Numbered from the stretch's first letter, positions 11,281 through 24,131 are shown. The stretch: 64,000 nt of DNA from Anolis carolinensis (GCF_035594765.1 NC_085844.1:31077923-31141922); one strand, 5' to 3'. Translations and numbers: made by a program. Notes: generated by a model not told the origin, from the letters alone.

Positions 11281-11354
11281 AATGTATAGTTCTATATATA
11301 AAAACAGCTCAAAAGTAAATACCTGGCTGAGCCATGGCTAGAGGTGGCCAAATA

Positions 11355-11677
11355 CAGTAGGGTCTGACTTATCCAAGCTAAACGGGCCGGCAGAAGCTTG
11401 GATAAGTGAATATCTTGGATTATAAGGACTGATCAAGGAAACGCCTATTAAACATCAAATTAGGTGATGATTTTACAAATTAAGCACCAAAACATCATGT
11501 TAGACAACAAATTTGACAGAAAAAGTAGTTCAATACGCAGTAATGTTCTGTTGTAATTACTGTATTTACGAATTTAGCACCAAAATATCACGATATATTG
11601 GAAACATTGACTACAAAAATGGCTTGGATTATCCAGAGGCTTGGATAAGCGAGGCTTGGATAAGTGAGACTCTACTG
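11355..11677. mobile_element. Tc1/mariner-type MITE
   Basis: TA|CAGTAGGGTCTGACTTATCCAAGC...GCTTGGATAAGTGAGACTCTACTG|TA. Confidence 0.85.
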
Positions 11678-11752
11678 TAGGTACAAATTTAAGTGCACAG
11701 CACAAGCGCGTTGCCAAGATCCTCCAAGCTGCTTCTAAAACAGCGAAGGAAT

Positions 11753-12519
11753 TGGGTTGCTGTGAGTTTTCCGGGCTGTATGGCCATGTTCCAGAAGCAT
11801 ACTTTCCTGACGTTTCACCCACATCTATGGCAGGCATCCTCAGAAGTTGTGAGGTCTGTTGGAAACTATGCAAGTGGATATATATATCTGTGGAATGTCC
11901 AGGGTGAGAGAAAGCACTCTTGTCTGTTGGAGGCAAGTGTGAATGTTGCAATTGGCCACCTTGATAGTCTGGCAGCTTCAAAGCCTGGCTGCTTCCTGCC
12001 TGGGGGAATTCTTTGTTGGGAGGTGTTATAGTAGGCCCTGATCGTTTCCTGTCTGGAATTCCCCCCCCCCTTTTTTTTAGTGTTGTTAGTGTTGTTCTTT
12101 ATTTACTATTCTAATTCTAGAGTTTTAAAATAGTGGTAGCCAGCTTTTGTTCATTTTCATGGTTTCCTCCTTTCTGTACCAGTATCAAAAAAAAAAAAAA
12201 ACTCTAAAAGGAGAACAGTAAAGAAAAAGCAACACTCAAAAACAGGGGAATACCAGACCAGAAACTATCAGGGCCAGCTAACACCTCCCAACAAAAGATT
12301 TCCCCAGGCAGGAATCAGCCAGGCCCTGAAGCTGAAAGATCATTCAATGCTAATCAAGACGGTTAATTGCAACATTCACACTTTCTGCAAAGAGACAATA
12401 ATTCTTTGTACTACTCTGGACATTCAACAAATAGGCTTCTGTCATAGATGTGGGCAAAACGTCAGAAGAGAATGCTTCTGGAACATGGCCATACAGCCCA
12501 GAAAACTCGTAACAGCCCA
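11753..12519. mobile_element. Penelope-like element as an inverted pair
   Basis: 11753-~12180 is approximately the reverse complement of ~12181-12519. Confidence 0.75.
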
Positions 12520-12649
12520 AAATGTATCGTTCTATATATAAGAACAGCTGAAGAGTAAATTCCTGGCTGAGCCGTGGCTGCAGGCGGCCAAATAGTTACA
12601 CATTAATGTGCAGAGCAATAAGAATAAAAAAGAGACAGTAACAGGAAAG

Positions 12650-13400
12650 GTTTCGCAGGCGCGTTGCCAACATCCTCCGACCTGCTTCTAAAACAGCTAA
12701 GGAACTACCACCATCTTCCCGCCAAGCGAGGCCAATTTCTTTTTCAAGCATGCGCCCTTGCTACCTGCCGGAAGGAGAAAGTCGAACGGGGTCGATTGGC
12801 GACAGCTTCGACTTCCGCTAGTGTTCGCTTTTCGGCGCCTACCGTAGAAGCCGCAGCTGCCTGAGTGCGCACGCGCAGTCTCGAGGAGGCGGCTGCCATT
12901 TTGTCCCTTCCTCAGGCGACGGCGGTTGCTGCTTTCCTTGGAAAGAAAAGAAACGGCGTCACCGGAGCTCAGTTGGCAGAGGGGAGAGGTTGCTGGGCTC
13001 GGTGGTGGTGGAGGTTGAGGTTGTATGACAGACACGTTGCGGTTTCCTTCCCCCTTTCCCTCCGAGGAAAGAACCGGAGCCGGGGTGCCCGGAGGGAGGG
13101 GCTCGCTCGTTGCCTTGACCCGCGTCGGCCTGGTTAGTAGAAAGGCGGTCCCGCGCGCGGGGTGGGCGGCTTCGGTGAAGGGACGGTCCCTGTGGAAAGG
13201 ATTTAGGGCTCTTTGTGGACCACGAGCGGAACCTCAAAAATCCAATGCGGTTCTAGGCCGCGTCAATGGGAGCCTGGTGCGTGGAGGAAGGGAAGCCCCA
13301 GGCCTGATCTGCCCTGCGTTGGCCAGGCCTCGCCCGGGAAACCCTGTGTCCCGATCTGGGCGTGACGATTCAAGAAGGATATATTGACCAGCCGAGAAAG
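12650..13400 (+). promoter_or_regulatory. CpG-island promoter / probable non-coding first exon of RBM12B copy 2
   Basis: CpG-dense; NRF1 consensus TGCGCACGCGCA at 12866-12877; YY1-like GCCATTTTG at 12895-12903; divergent from TMEM67 exon 1. Confidence 0.75.
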
Positions 13401-13419
13401 GTGGTCAAAATGAGCCCTG

Positions 13420-13760
13420 TGAGGAGTGGTTAAAAGAGCTGGGCCTTGGAGAAAAGAAGTCTGAGAAGGAGACATGAGAGCCACCTTTGTAGATTTCGAA
13501 GGAATATCTGCTCTGGAGACTAGGGCACGACACAGTGGATTCAAATGGTTAAAAAAAGGAGTTCCTCCTAAACATTAGGAAGAAATTCTTGATAGTAAGA
13601 GCTGCTCAAGAAAGCAATACAGTGCCTCGGAGCGTGGAGGCGTCTTCTTTGGTGGTTTTTATGCGGAGGATGGATGGGGGTGCTTTGCTGGCATGTTCCT
13701 GCAGGGCAGAAGGAGGTTGGACTGGATGGCCCTTGGAGGCTCTTCCAACTCCATGATTCT
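13420..13760 (+). mobile_element. CR1 LINE 3' end fragment
   Basis: AAACATTAGGAAGAAATTCTTG...GGACTGGATGGCCCTTGGAGGCTCTTCCAACTCCATGATTCT, typical of a CR1 3' end. Confidence 0.7.
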
Positions 13761-16063
13761 GTGTCCCTCCCAAATTGTGGGACCTTCTTTCTCCCTTGTC
13801 ACGTTTCATTGGGTGCAATGGTGGCATCTGAGCTACTTTGATGGCCCTCCAGGTTGGAGGGGGAAGGTTTGCTGATGGTATTTTATTTTTGCATCAAGGC
13901 ATTCCTGTCAAGTCACAGAGTCTCTTCGCAGAAATCCTTGGTACATCCTCCAATGGTTGTGTATAAAATTATTTTCTCCTCAGGCCTCCAAATCACAGAA
14001 CATTATATGCTCTCCCATGTGTACTCGGTTGGCCATATGGGAATCTCTCAAGAGTGTGCTGGATCATTCTGAAGTGGTTTTCTTAGGAGCATGTTGCTGG
14101 ATTTGAGTGGAATATACAGAAACTACCAGAGAACAACACAGGACATAAAACACAGTGATGAGTCTTGTCTCCTGGAGGTTGCCTTGCCGCTTTCCTAGCC
14201 CATGTTTACTTGGAAAAGAAGTGGTCAGGCATAGTTGCTCAGGAAGCCATGGTTTCTCTACTTGGAGTGTAATCTGTGGAAGTCACTATGCCTGGATATC
14301 CCAGAGTTCTGCCATACTGTTTATTCCAGGTGGAAAATAGGATTCTCTTTGCAACAAACCACATTTTGAAAAGATCAGAGGAAGTCCTGCTTGAGTAATG
14401 AGCAAAGTTCAATGATATGCCTGTCTTCACCTGTTATAACAGGAATCTCAATATTTGCCTCCTTTTCTTGAGATATAGGCAGGAATAAAAAGCTGGAAGA
14501 GTTTATTAGCCAGGAATATTTGTTTTGGGAATGTATCACTTCGGACTTTCAAATAACATGCATCATTTGGGTCAAGTTACACAGAGAACTACTTGTTTCA
14601 GCTCGCCCCCAAACCTTGTCAGAGGCTCTATCTCCAGTGACCATTTTATATAGGTACAAATTGGTATTTTAAAAAAATGATTCCGCTTTGCAGATGATTC
14701 CATAGGAAATGCTGGGGTCAGTTTAAGTCCTGGATGTTTTGCACACTTGAGTTCAGTGATACAAGTGTGTAGGTATAAGAGTGCGGCTTTAACAACGTAT
14801 TTGATCTTTTAATACTTTTGACTTGCATATAAATTGGTAACCTGTTTTTCGTCTTCAGAGATATTGAAAACTTAGCTTGCATGCATCTTGTGGATTTAAC
14901 TGCATTGGAGACATCTGTAGAAAAAATTGGTATAACTTTACAGTACATAGGCCTCACTAGTTTTATACTGAATTATACTTGTAGAAAATATCAATTGTAA
15001 CTAATTTTGTTGCATTTGTTGTCATAAGCTTGTATAGTTTCACAGTTGAGAAACTATAACAATGCTGTATTGAGTTTTTGAACAATGGATTATTAAGATA
15101 AATGGAAATGTTGCCGTTGATTTTTTTTTCTGCTATATAGATTGGGTCTCTAGAAAACAAATGAATTAAAACACTTCAAATTTGGGAAGATTTTTTTTTT
15201 TAAAGAAACCAGCCCGGACTGATTTTATATGATGTCTTTAGGTGGGTACAATAGGTGTGTTCCAGGTATTATCCAAAACCTGAATATTTGACGTCATAAG
15301 GCTAATAGTCTTTGGCTTTTTGGTCTTGTTCATCGATCACCAAATGACTTGGGTACTTGTAGTAATTGTCTTTTAATAGGGCATTGAAAGTGAAATATTT
15401 CCCTGCAAATATTAGAGAGATAATTTAGAAAATGTCTAGTGAACTCAGTGGAACGTACTTCCAGATAAACTTGCATATGATTTGATGTTGTAAGATTATG
15501 TTTGATTCTGCTGGATTCATGGTGTGAAGACAATAATTTGAGAGGAAACTTGAGCGCATGTTATCAGTATAATTTCATCGGATTTCTGATTTGGGGATTT
15601 TTCTTGCAACATAACCATCTTTGCAAGGCACAATTCAGTGTTGATGAAAAATAAGCCACTATCTTCAGAAGAAAACGAATTAAAGAGGACTAGAAAAAAT
15701 CTATATTTTTATATGAGACTTCATCTTTCAAGGATTTTGAGTGGTTCTTTGACTTTTCAACAATACTTGGATCTCTTGGAGAATAACCTGGAATTCTCAT
15801 TACTTTCTGGAGTCATTCTAACATGAGAGTATTATGTCATCCAAAATGGATTCGTAAAACAAGATGCTGTACAACTGCGTTTCATTACCACTCATTTTTT
15901 GCATACATCTCTGAATTGGGAATGGATTCTCGCATAAAACCACACATTTTTATTTCTCACTGGTTTTGTGTTACTGGTTGTGGTTGAGGATATTCCACAA
16001 TAATGACAATCAGATGTAAAACTACTTCGTAGCAGTTAATTATGTTTCATTTTCTTTCCACAG

Positions 16064-16104
16064 TTGATTTCACAGACTTTATCAGGCCTTTCAAGAAGAA
16101 ACAG
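16064..16104 (+). other. Probable 5'UTR exon of RBM12B copy 2
   Basis: tttctttccacag| ... ACAG|gtaagc; 41 nt, with an alternative acceptor at 16076. Confidence 0.6.
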
Positions 16105-16675
16105 GTAAGCTTCTAGAAGCTTAATACTTCTGTTCTCTCAGGTCATGGCTTTTTCCAAACTTGTAGCAAAAAAAGGAAGAGGTATGGTTGGATCCTAATC
16201 AAAAGAAAAAATAAATAAAGGGGAAACGATGGATAAACTTAATGATTTACTAGTTGTGTGTGATGTCTGAAAATCGAATTGGTTTCATTTTTGTTTGGAA
16301 GTGCTGAAACATCTTTTCTGGTTACAATGTTTTCTATGCTTTTGATATCAGAGTAGGGGTTATTTAATTTCTGGTGGATTATAACTTAATGTGAAAGCTA
16401 CTGTATAGTCAGTCATAGTCAGAGCGACTAAAATTGTTGCTTTAATGATTGGGAGCACTTGTAGAATAGTCCAGTGCTGTATACTGAGATGTTAATTGTT
16501 AGCAGGTGTAGAGATGAAATAGGGCTCTCGTGGTTGCATATGAAGGAGTTACTTTTTCATTTTGAATACTTTCAAATAGTATGGCTTGAAACGACACTGT
16601 TCCAGTGTAATTAAGCTTGTTGTCATGTGTACGTTTTTGTCCACAGGTCATTTTTTGCTGTGGGTTGAACTCAGA

Positions 16676-18868
16676 ATGGCTGTAGTCATCCGTTTACAGG
16701 GGCTTCCTGTTGTTGCGGGTCCTGCAGATATTCGCCATTTGTTCTCAGGATTGAATATTCCTGATGGAGGTGTATATATCACTGGAGGAGAAAAAGGAGA
16801 AGCTTTTGTTATATTTGAAACAGATGAAGATGCACGGCAAGCAATGAGTTATTCGGAGAGGTATATAAAAAACTCACGTATTGGGTGTTTTCTCAGCAGC
16901 AAAACAGAAATGCAGAACGTGATAGAACTCAATAGGAAAAGATTTGATCACAGTGGAAGAGAAACAATTGGATCTAGATGGATAGATTCTAGTAACTCTA
17001 GTAGCTTTTCGAATATAGTTGCATCCATGAGTAAAGGAACTGGCAGATCTGGTTATGATTCTGTGGATCCGTTTGAGGATAGGCTTCATTCAAATGGCTC
17101 TGAAAACAGCAGTACAGATCTTTCGAAATTAAGTTATAATCATCCTAGGAGTAATTTAAATAAGATAACACATAATCAATTCAAGACATCTAATTCAGAT
17201 GAATTGTACTTATTCATACGTAGTATGCCTTACACTGCAACAGAAGATGACATAATTGCTTTCTTTGATGGTTTACAAGTGGATGGTATGATCATGTTAA
17301 AAACCAATGGGGTAAACAATGGAGATGGTCTGGTGAAATTTGCTACACCGACTGATTGCACGAGAGGGTTGCAGCGTGATAGACAGTATATGCGCCACAG
17401 ATGTATAAGAATATATCGCTCTAATGAAGGGACATGGATTAGGAGAATGGGGAAAAAAGGATTACAAATGCATCAGGATTTCAGTGATGAACAGTTTTCT
17501 CATGATTTCAATAAAGAAAGACGCCCAGACTTCCAATCCTCAAGAATGCATACCCGTTCAAAGTCTCCTCCAAGGAGGGTTGTGGCACATACCCATTCAA
17601 GATCCCCTCCTAAGAAGATTGCGGCACGTACCGTTTCGAGGTCTCCCCCAAGAAGTGTTATGACACACAGCCATTCAAGGTCTATATCAAGGAGGGCTAT
17701 GGCACGCACTCATTCAAGGTCTCCACCAAGGAGGATTACAGCACGCTCTCGTTCACCTTTATCTGGTTCAAGCCGGTCTCCACCTCATAATGGGGAACAT
17801 TATATACATGTCAAAAACTTGCCATTTCCTATTGAAAAGAGAGAATTGAGAGCATTCTTTGAAGACCTAGATATACCTGACAGTCATATTACATTCCTTA
17901 AGATACCTGACAATAGACCAAACAAAGATGCAGTTGTGATGTTCAGATCAATGAGAGACTATTATTCTGCACTAGGTTATCACAAGTACCCTCTTCGTGG
18001 GCAAGAAATTTTACTTTTCCCCATTCCTAAAGAAGCAGTGATGCAGCTTGCTGGATTTTCTGAAAATGAAAAATCCCCAGAAAGATATCACATTGCAAAC
18101 GAGAAAGGTGACTGGGATAGATATTCTGATCCAAAGACATGTGTGTATGTAAGAAACTTTCCATATGATGTGACAAAACGTGAAATCCACACGTTTTTTG
18201 CAGGATTTCATATTAACAATTATGACATTCATTTGCTTTACGATGACAAAGGAATTGGACTGGGAGAAACACTGGTCAAGTTCAGAACTGAAGATGATGC
18301 TCGGAAAGCTGAAAACTTAAATCGCCGTCGGTTTTTGGGGACAGAGGTGCTTTTGAGATGTATATCTGAGAAGCAAATGAAAGAGTTTGGTGTTAATGTT
18401 CCACCAGTGTCAGATGGAAAGATGCAGGATCATATCCGTTCAGATGAAAGAGGTCAACAAGGGAACCGAAAGCATCCATCTGATTATAAACATCCACCTA
18501 GTGATCTTATCAGCACATCTGATAATTTTAAAGATTCTGCTCCATTTACAGAGTTTGGTGAAGATGTTCGTGGAAATTTTCCAGGTGGACGCTTCATGTC
18601 AGATTCTAATGTCAGTGGTAGTTCAAATTGCTTCACTCTGATTAAATTAAAGAATATACCATTTCGAGCAACACCAAATGAAATTCTGGACTTCTTTCAT
18701 GGGTATAAGATTATTCCACAATCTCTTTCAATCCAGCACAACCAATATGGATTGCCTTCTGGTGAAGCTGTTATCGCCCTAGTAAATTATAATGAAGCCA
18801 TGGCAGTTGTTAATGAATTAAATGATAGGCCAATCGGCCAACGCAAAATTAGATTAACCTTGGTATAG
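16676..18868 (+). CDS. RBM12B: RBM12B copy 2, 730 aa, single coding exon
   Basis: Starts MAVVIRLQGLP (RBM12 family N-terminus); acceptor ttttgtccacag| at 16646/16647; five RRMs; intact. Confidence 0.95.
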   Translation: MAVVIRLQGLPVVAGPADIRHLFSGLNIPDGGVYITGGEKGEAFVIFETDEDARQAMSYSERYIKNSRIGCFLSSKTEMQNVIELNRKRFDHSGRETIGSRWIDSSNSSSFSNIVASMSKGTGRSGYDSVDPFEDRLHSNGSENSSTDLSKLSYNHPRSNLNKITHNQFKTSNSDELYLFIRSMPYTATEDDIIAFFDGLQVDGMIMLKTNGVNNGDGLVKFATPTDCTRGLQRDRQYMRHRCIRIYRSNEGTWIRRMGKKGLQMHQDFSDEQFSHDFNKERRPDFQSSRMHTRSKSPPRRVVAHTHSRSPPKKIAARTVSRSPPRSVMTHSHSRSISRRAMARTHSRSPPRRITARSRSPLSGSSRSPPHNGEHYIHVKNLPFPIEKRELRAFFEDLDIPDSHITFLKIPDNRPNKDAVVMFRSMRDYYSALGYHKYPLRGQEILLFPIPKEAVMQLAGFSENEKSPERYHIANEKGDWDRYSDPKTCVYVRNFPYDVTKREIHTFFAGFHINNYDIHLLYDDKGIGLGETLVKFRTEDDARKAENLNRRRFLGTEVLLRCISEKQMKEFGVNVPPVSDGKMQDHIRSDERGQQGNRKHPSDYKHPPSDLISTSDNFKDSAPFTEFGEDVRGNFPGGRFMSDSNVSGSSNCFTLIKLKNIPFRATPNEILDFFHGYKIIPQSLSIQHNQYGLPSGEAVIALVNYNEAMAVVNELNDRPIGQRKIRLTLV

Positions 18869-20430
18869 ATAAAAAGATGGCTTGAAAATATTTGCATTGT
18901 TAATGTTGAGAAATGACATTTTCAAGTAGAAGTTTACTATTTGTAAATACTTTTGACTGGTTTTAAAATTTAGGCCACTATTGTGTGGGATTTTATTAGA
19001 GACTACTGGATCACCTTGGTAGTTCATGAAAACATGACTTTGAAAGTATTTTGTTTTTTATCCCATAACCGCATGAAGATGTCTAATTTGTCTTTATTAA
19101 TTCAATATAGCTGCACTTAGAGCTAGAAATTATGTTCTTCTGTGTATGTTAACAAGAAGACCCACCGTTTTTCTTGAATTCTTGTCCATTATTATATTCA
19201 GTGGTATTTTGAGTATCTTTTTCATGCTGGTTCAGCATTTCTTTTAAAATAAAAATATATCTATTGAAAATTGTGCTTATTTTTATTTGGTACAGTCTGG
19301 ACACTTAAGAACTTACCTTGCTTAATAATGTGTTATTAAGATGTTATGTAATGTATGTGTGATTTTTATGATTGGAAACCGCCCTGAGTCCCGGGAGATA
19401 GGGCAGTATATAAATAAAGTTTTGTTATTATTTTATTATTATTAACTAGGGCTGCATTTTAACAATGAATTTATCCCATGTTTACTTTTGTAGCACTTGT
19501 AGAATATACTCTTTGTATTGGTAAGCCTATCTGATTTTTAAGAAAAGCTTATCGAAATCTTCTTAGACTATCCTTTCCTGTCCAGCCTGTCTGTTCCAAG
19601 ACATTACTTCAAAATGTATGTACCTTTTTACATAGGAAGATGAAAAAAATACTTATATATGGTGTAGCTTTTCAAAGGAGTTAGTTTTCTCAGTATATTT
19701 ACAGTTTCAGATTTGTTAAGATGACTGGTTATGTAGGTTATTTTATAAGATATCCAAGCATATTTCTATGCCTTTATCTGTGGATATTCCAGAATTTGTG
19801 GAAGTAACGGGTTGTTGAATGTGTGCTTCTTAAATTACCTATTGTTTATTTATTTAATATTTACTATATTTATACCCTGCTCTTAATCCCAAAGGGAACT
19901 CAGTGCGGCTTACAGAGTATGGCAAAGTTCAATGCCGCATTATACAACAAATATATCAAATTATAAAACAATTAAAACATATAAATACAATAAAACAGAT
20001 TGCTGACCTTGGGATGCTGAAATGTAGGCTGGTCTAAATGGAGTCCGGCAGCACCAAGCAGCCGGAGTGAGTGCCCAGAAGCTGAGTTAGGTGCAGCAAG
20101 GGAAACAAACGCTGCCCCTTCCCCCAAAGCCCCTGGTCATGGTACCTTCACTTCTTGCTTTTGTCTGAGACCCCGTGGGAGTGGTTCTTTTTATGCTCCA
20201 GTCTCTGGGCCCCAGCCTCTTGACTGCCACGATATAAAAATACAGTGAAATGGCAAGATACTAATAACACTCCAGTGGAGTTTTTCATTTGGTTCAACAG
20301 TAGCAATCCACAAATTTGTATCCCTGTCACTTCAGTTATACTTTTAGGTATTCAGCGTTACTGATGCAATTTTAAAACAACAAAGCTGTGGGAAACTAAA
20401 CTAGGATTTCTCTGCCTTACCCTTGTAAAC

Positions 20431-21379
20431 AGCAGAGGGCATGATTTTCTTGGGAAAGCTGGGCTCTAACAACTACAGAGATGGATCTTGTAGTCTGGCA
20501 CAGTTTGGCAATGGTCATGCTGACCTGCACACTGGAGGTATTGCTTGTTTCTCTGGACTTTGCAGAAGCATATCTGCCAAGACTGGAATCCTCAAGGTGG
20601 CTATTCCGACCTGTCTAATCTTTAGAAGCGCTCTCCATTTGGAGAGCCCCCTAATATCACACAAAGTATAAATGTCAGTCTTCTGGATTGAGCTTATTGG
20701 CAGGGAAGATTGGTTCAAGGACTTGGAGGTCACAGCATGAATGGGAGCTGAGTGGCCCATCTAGTTCTCCACTTTGCCACATTATTCAAGGGGAAACATC
20801 TACTGGTCCCCACAGACAGCACAACCACACAAACATTAAAAATATAGGAGATCAAGTCTTTCTCACGTTACAGGAAGACGTCTCCTGTTCCAACAGTCTG
20901 AGAGAACAGTCCTTTTCAGTGCGAAATGTCCAGGGAATCATCAATTTCTAGGCAGAAGCTTATGACTGGGGAACATGGTTATTTTCTCAGCATGATAGCA
21001 GGATCAGATTCTGTGCAGTGGATACGTTTGTGTTGCTGACAAATCCCCAGAGCCACAAAATCCTCACCAGGCTTCCCTGTTCAGGCACAAAGGGCAAGGA
21101 TGCTCGATAGTGTCAGTGGCACAGGGTCTTGTGTTTGACTTCCCCCTTTCTCATATCCAGGCTGGTTAGGAAGAAGTCTCAAATCATTCTCACTGTGCCT
21201 TATTGACTCGGGAGACTGGTTTTCTGCCCTGACAGCCAAAGTCACTGTCCTGAACACCAGGACTTGATAATGCAGGAACCCATTCAACATTCAGATGCGA
21301 CTTGCCTCCAGTCAGCCACATGGAGGTTTAACAGAAATCAGAAAAATTGGTTATGTGAATTTTATGATCAGCATAGATC
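20431..21379 (+). mobile_element. DIRS1-like relic, second copy
   Basis: Near-identical to 38816-39761 and, from ~20603, to 6342-7119. Confidence 0.65.
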
Positions 21380-21540
21380 AAAGGTACAAGATTGCATCTA
21401 ATTTTTCATCCCATGAGTGGAGTGATTTCTATGTGTAAAACTCTCTTGCTAATGAAAGGTCCTTTTGCTCACAAAATTGAAAATTGGAAACAACTCACAG
21501 AACTTCTCTGTTGGAAAAAACAGACTATCAAAATTAATTA

Positions 21541-21663
<123 letters not shown>

Positions 21664-21748
21664 TCAAACCATTTGAAAATTAACTAAGATAACTTGAAAA
21701 AGTTTTTGTAACTGAAGCTGTCTGCTTTATTAGATGTGAAACACTCAC

Positions 21749-21834
21749 TGTGTCTTCTGGACATTTCTCACAGGTAATAGATCCACCGTTATTAGTAATG
21801 ATCTTGAATCCTGGTTGACAAGCACAAGATGTAT
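21749..21834 (-). CDS. TMEM67: TMEM67 exon 2, orphan duplicate B
   Basis: Same sequence and splice sites as 7489-7574. Confidence 0.9.
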
Positions 21835-22675
21835 CTGAAATACATAGAATTGCTAATTGTACCAAACAGCTACAAATTAAAAAGAAAATTAACAATACTC
21901 TTTCTTTAAATCTAAAGTGTCTTCTATTAAATTTCACAGTTGCTTTAAAACAACTCCAAATTTCCCATAATCCCTGTCATTTAAATAGTTTGTGTGTGTG
22001 TCTATGTATATATAAAATGCACATGTTTTATTGATTAGCTTTTCGGCCTTATCGAAACATTTAGCGAACACATTTAGCACATACACATACAGCATATAAT
22101 CCACATTACAAAGTTAAAATAAGCAAGCTGTTAACAAAGGGTCAAGATCCTGATCCAGATCAAACATCTGCATCACCTCTACAATTTACACCAAACGTCT
22201 CCAAATAATGTAGTTCTCAACTGACTTGCTGTAAATAGAAAAAGGGCTATTTTATATGTTATTTTAGCATTCTGGTCAACCAGTAAAATGTAATTGTAAT
22301 AAAGGATCTCAGTGTGTCTTTTGTATAATTTATGGTTCTAGGTATTGGATTCTCTCTTTCTTACACAAGTTAAACGGTATATGTGTGCTATGTTCTACTT
22401 CTGCAGCTCTACAGATGCAAAATAGTTCATTATAGGGGACTTGATTAAACCTTCCATGTCTGACCATTGTGTCCAGCTGTTCAAATCTACTTTTGGTAAA
22501 TACCCTCCCGAGGTGTTTAAGCATTTCTGTATTTAGAAATAGGTCTGTTTGAAAAGTATGTTTCAAAAGACTTAGCCATTTCAATGAGCCAGCTTTGCAG
22601 AGGGTAGCAATGTCTTTCTAAGCTTTTATATTAGTATTCATTGTACAACAATATTTGGATCTAGTTCTTCTAGGA

Positions 22676-22802
22676 CAGTGGTTCTCAACCTGTGGGTTCC
22701 CAGGCCTACAACTGCCAGAAATCCCAGCCAGTTTACCAGTTGTTGGAATTTCTGGGAGTTGAAGGCCAAAACATCTGGGGACCTACAGGTTGAGAACCAC
22801 TG
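22676..22802. mobile_element. hAT MITE, SPIN-like TIRs (duplicate)
   Basis: Copy of 8416-8542; TSD TTCTAGGA. Confidence 0.85.
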
Positions 22803-23103
22803 TTCTAGGAAATTTAGATATAGAATCGGAAGTCCACAACTCTTAATGTATTTTGTCAATTGAACTAGCCAAGAGGTCTGACGTTGATTTTTTTTTGTCT
22901 GCTCTAACAGGCACAGTTTTGGTAGTCTCTCATTTGCTGTGGCATTCAATTTTACCCAGTAGTTGTATGCCCTAGATTTGGATAAACCACCAACTGTATA
23001 TACGCCCAGTTCTGCTCTTACTGCGCCAATTGGGGTCCTTTTGTCCACTCTCAGGAAGCTTCGCAGGCACTGTGATTGAGATGGGTCTAATAATGGTACC
23101 TGT

Positions 23104-23316
23104 CCTGCCAACCTAGCAGTTTGAAGACATGCAAATGTGAGTAGATCAATAGGTACCGCTCCGGCGGGAAGGTAACGGCGCTCCATGCAGTCGTGCTGGC
23201 CACATGACCTTGGAGATGTCTATGGACAACGCCGGCTCTTCGGCCTAGAAATGGAGATGAGCACCAACCCCCATGGTTGGTCACGACTGGACTTAACGTC
23301 ACGGGAAACCTTTACC
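23104..23316 (+). mobile_element. Sauria SINE 3' half (duplicate)
   Basis: Copy of 8845-9057. Confidence 0.85.
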
Positions 23317-23574
23317 TATAGGCCCCAAACTTCAGCTCCATATAAAAGCATAGTTAGTGATGAATTCTGACTGGAAAAGCCTATGATAATGTGGCATGTC
23401 TCATTAAGAGCCACATCCACTGTTTTAGCGTGGTGAGATATCGCCCACACTGGGCATGCGTAGTCAGCAGCAGAGTAGCAAAGCATAAGGGCAGTATAGT
23501 GCTGTTAGGAATTGTTGTAAAGTCCAAAACTGGAGAGCCAAAGTTTGCCCATGCCTGGTATAGTGCATCTACAC

Positions 23575-23737
23575 CAGGCATGGGCCAACGTGGGCCCCCG
23601 AGGTGTTTTGGCCTTCAACTCCCACCATTCCTAACAGCCTCAGGTCCTCTCCTTTTCCCCCTCAGCCGCTTAAGGGCTTAGGAATGGTGGGAGTTGAAGC
23701 CCAAAACACCTGGAGGGCCCACGTTGGCCCATGCCTG
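23575..23737. mobile_element. hAT MITE (duplicate)
   Basis: Copy of 9316-9478; TSD ATCTACAC. Confidence 0.9.
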
Positions 23738-23938
23738 ATCTACACTGAAGAGTTAATACATTTTGACACCACTTTAATTGCCGTGGCTCAATGCTATGGC
23801 TCATGGGTGTTCTAGGTTGGCTTCATCAAACTACAACTCCCGAGATTTCATAGCACTGAGCCATGGGAGTTAACGTGGTGTCAAACTGCATTCCTTCTAC
23901 TGTGCAGATGCCCGTCGCGTCCGCCCCTGTGGTCTCAC

Positions 23939-24125
23939 CCCTGTGGCCTTTGGTCTGGGATGCCCCGCACTGCCCACAGGAGAGAGTGGCGATGTCGAAG
24001 TACTGAGTGGCGGCGCAGCTCTGAGGCTGCCGCCAAGGGAGGAAGAAGGCCTGGCCGCCCGCGAGGCCTGCGTGCAGCGGGAGCAGGAGCAGCGCCATTC
24101 CCAGCCAGCGCCTCGGCGTCGCCAT
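23939..24125 (-). CDS. TMEM67: TMEM67 exon 1, orphan duplicate B
   Basis: Same peptide and donor as 9680-9866. Confidence 0.92.
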
Positions 24126-24131
24126 GGTAAC
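24118..24131. promoter_or_regulatory. RFX X-box overlapping the TMEM67 ATG (B)
   Basis: GTCGCCATGGTAAC. Confidence 0.7.

Noticed and set aside
13124-13139. GTCGGCCTGGTTAGTA resembling 5S rRNA box
   Set aside because: Too short, and no further 5S similarity nearby
12664-13387. Overlapping ORFs in the CpG island
   Set aside because: Stop-poor GC-rich promoter DNA with no recognisable protein
16586-16675. 30-aa N-terminal extension in the 760-aa ORF calls (also 30844-30933)
   Set aside because: Starts at TTG and crosses the splice acceptor at 16646; the conserved start is MAVVIRLQ
22638-23186. 182-aa ORF unique to unit B
   Set aside because: Chance fusion of SINE, LINE and MITE sequence through a 1-nt poly-T difference
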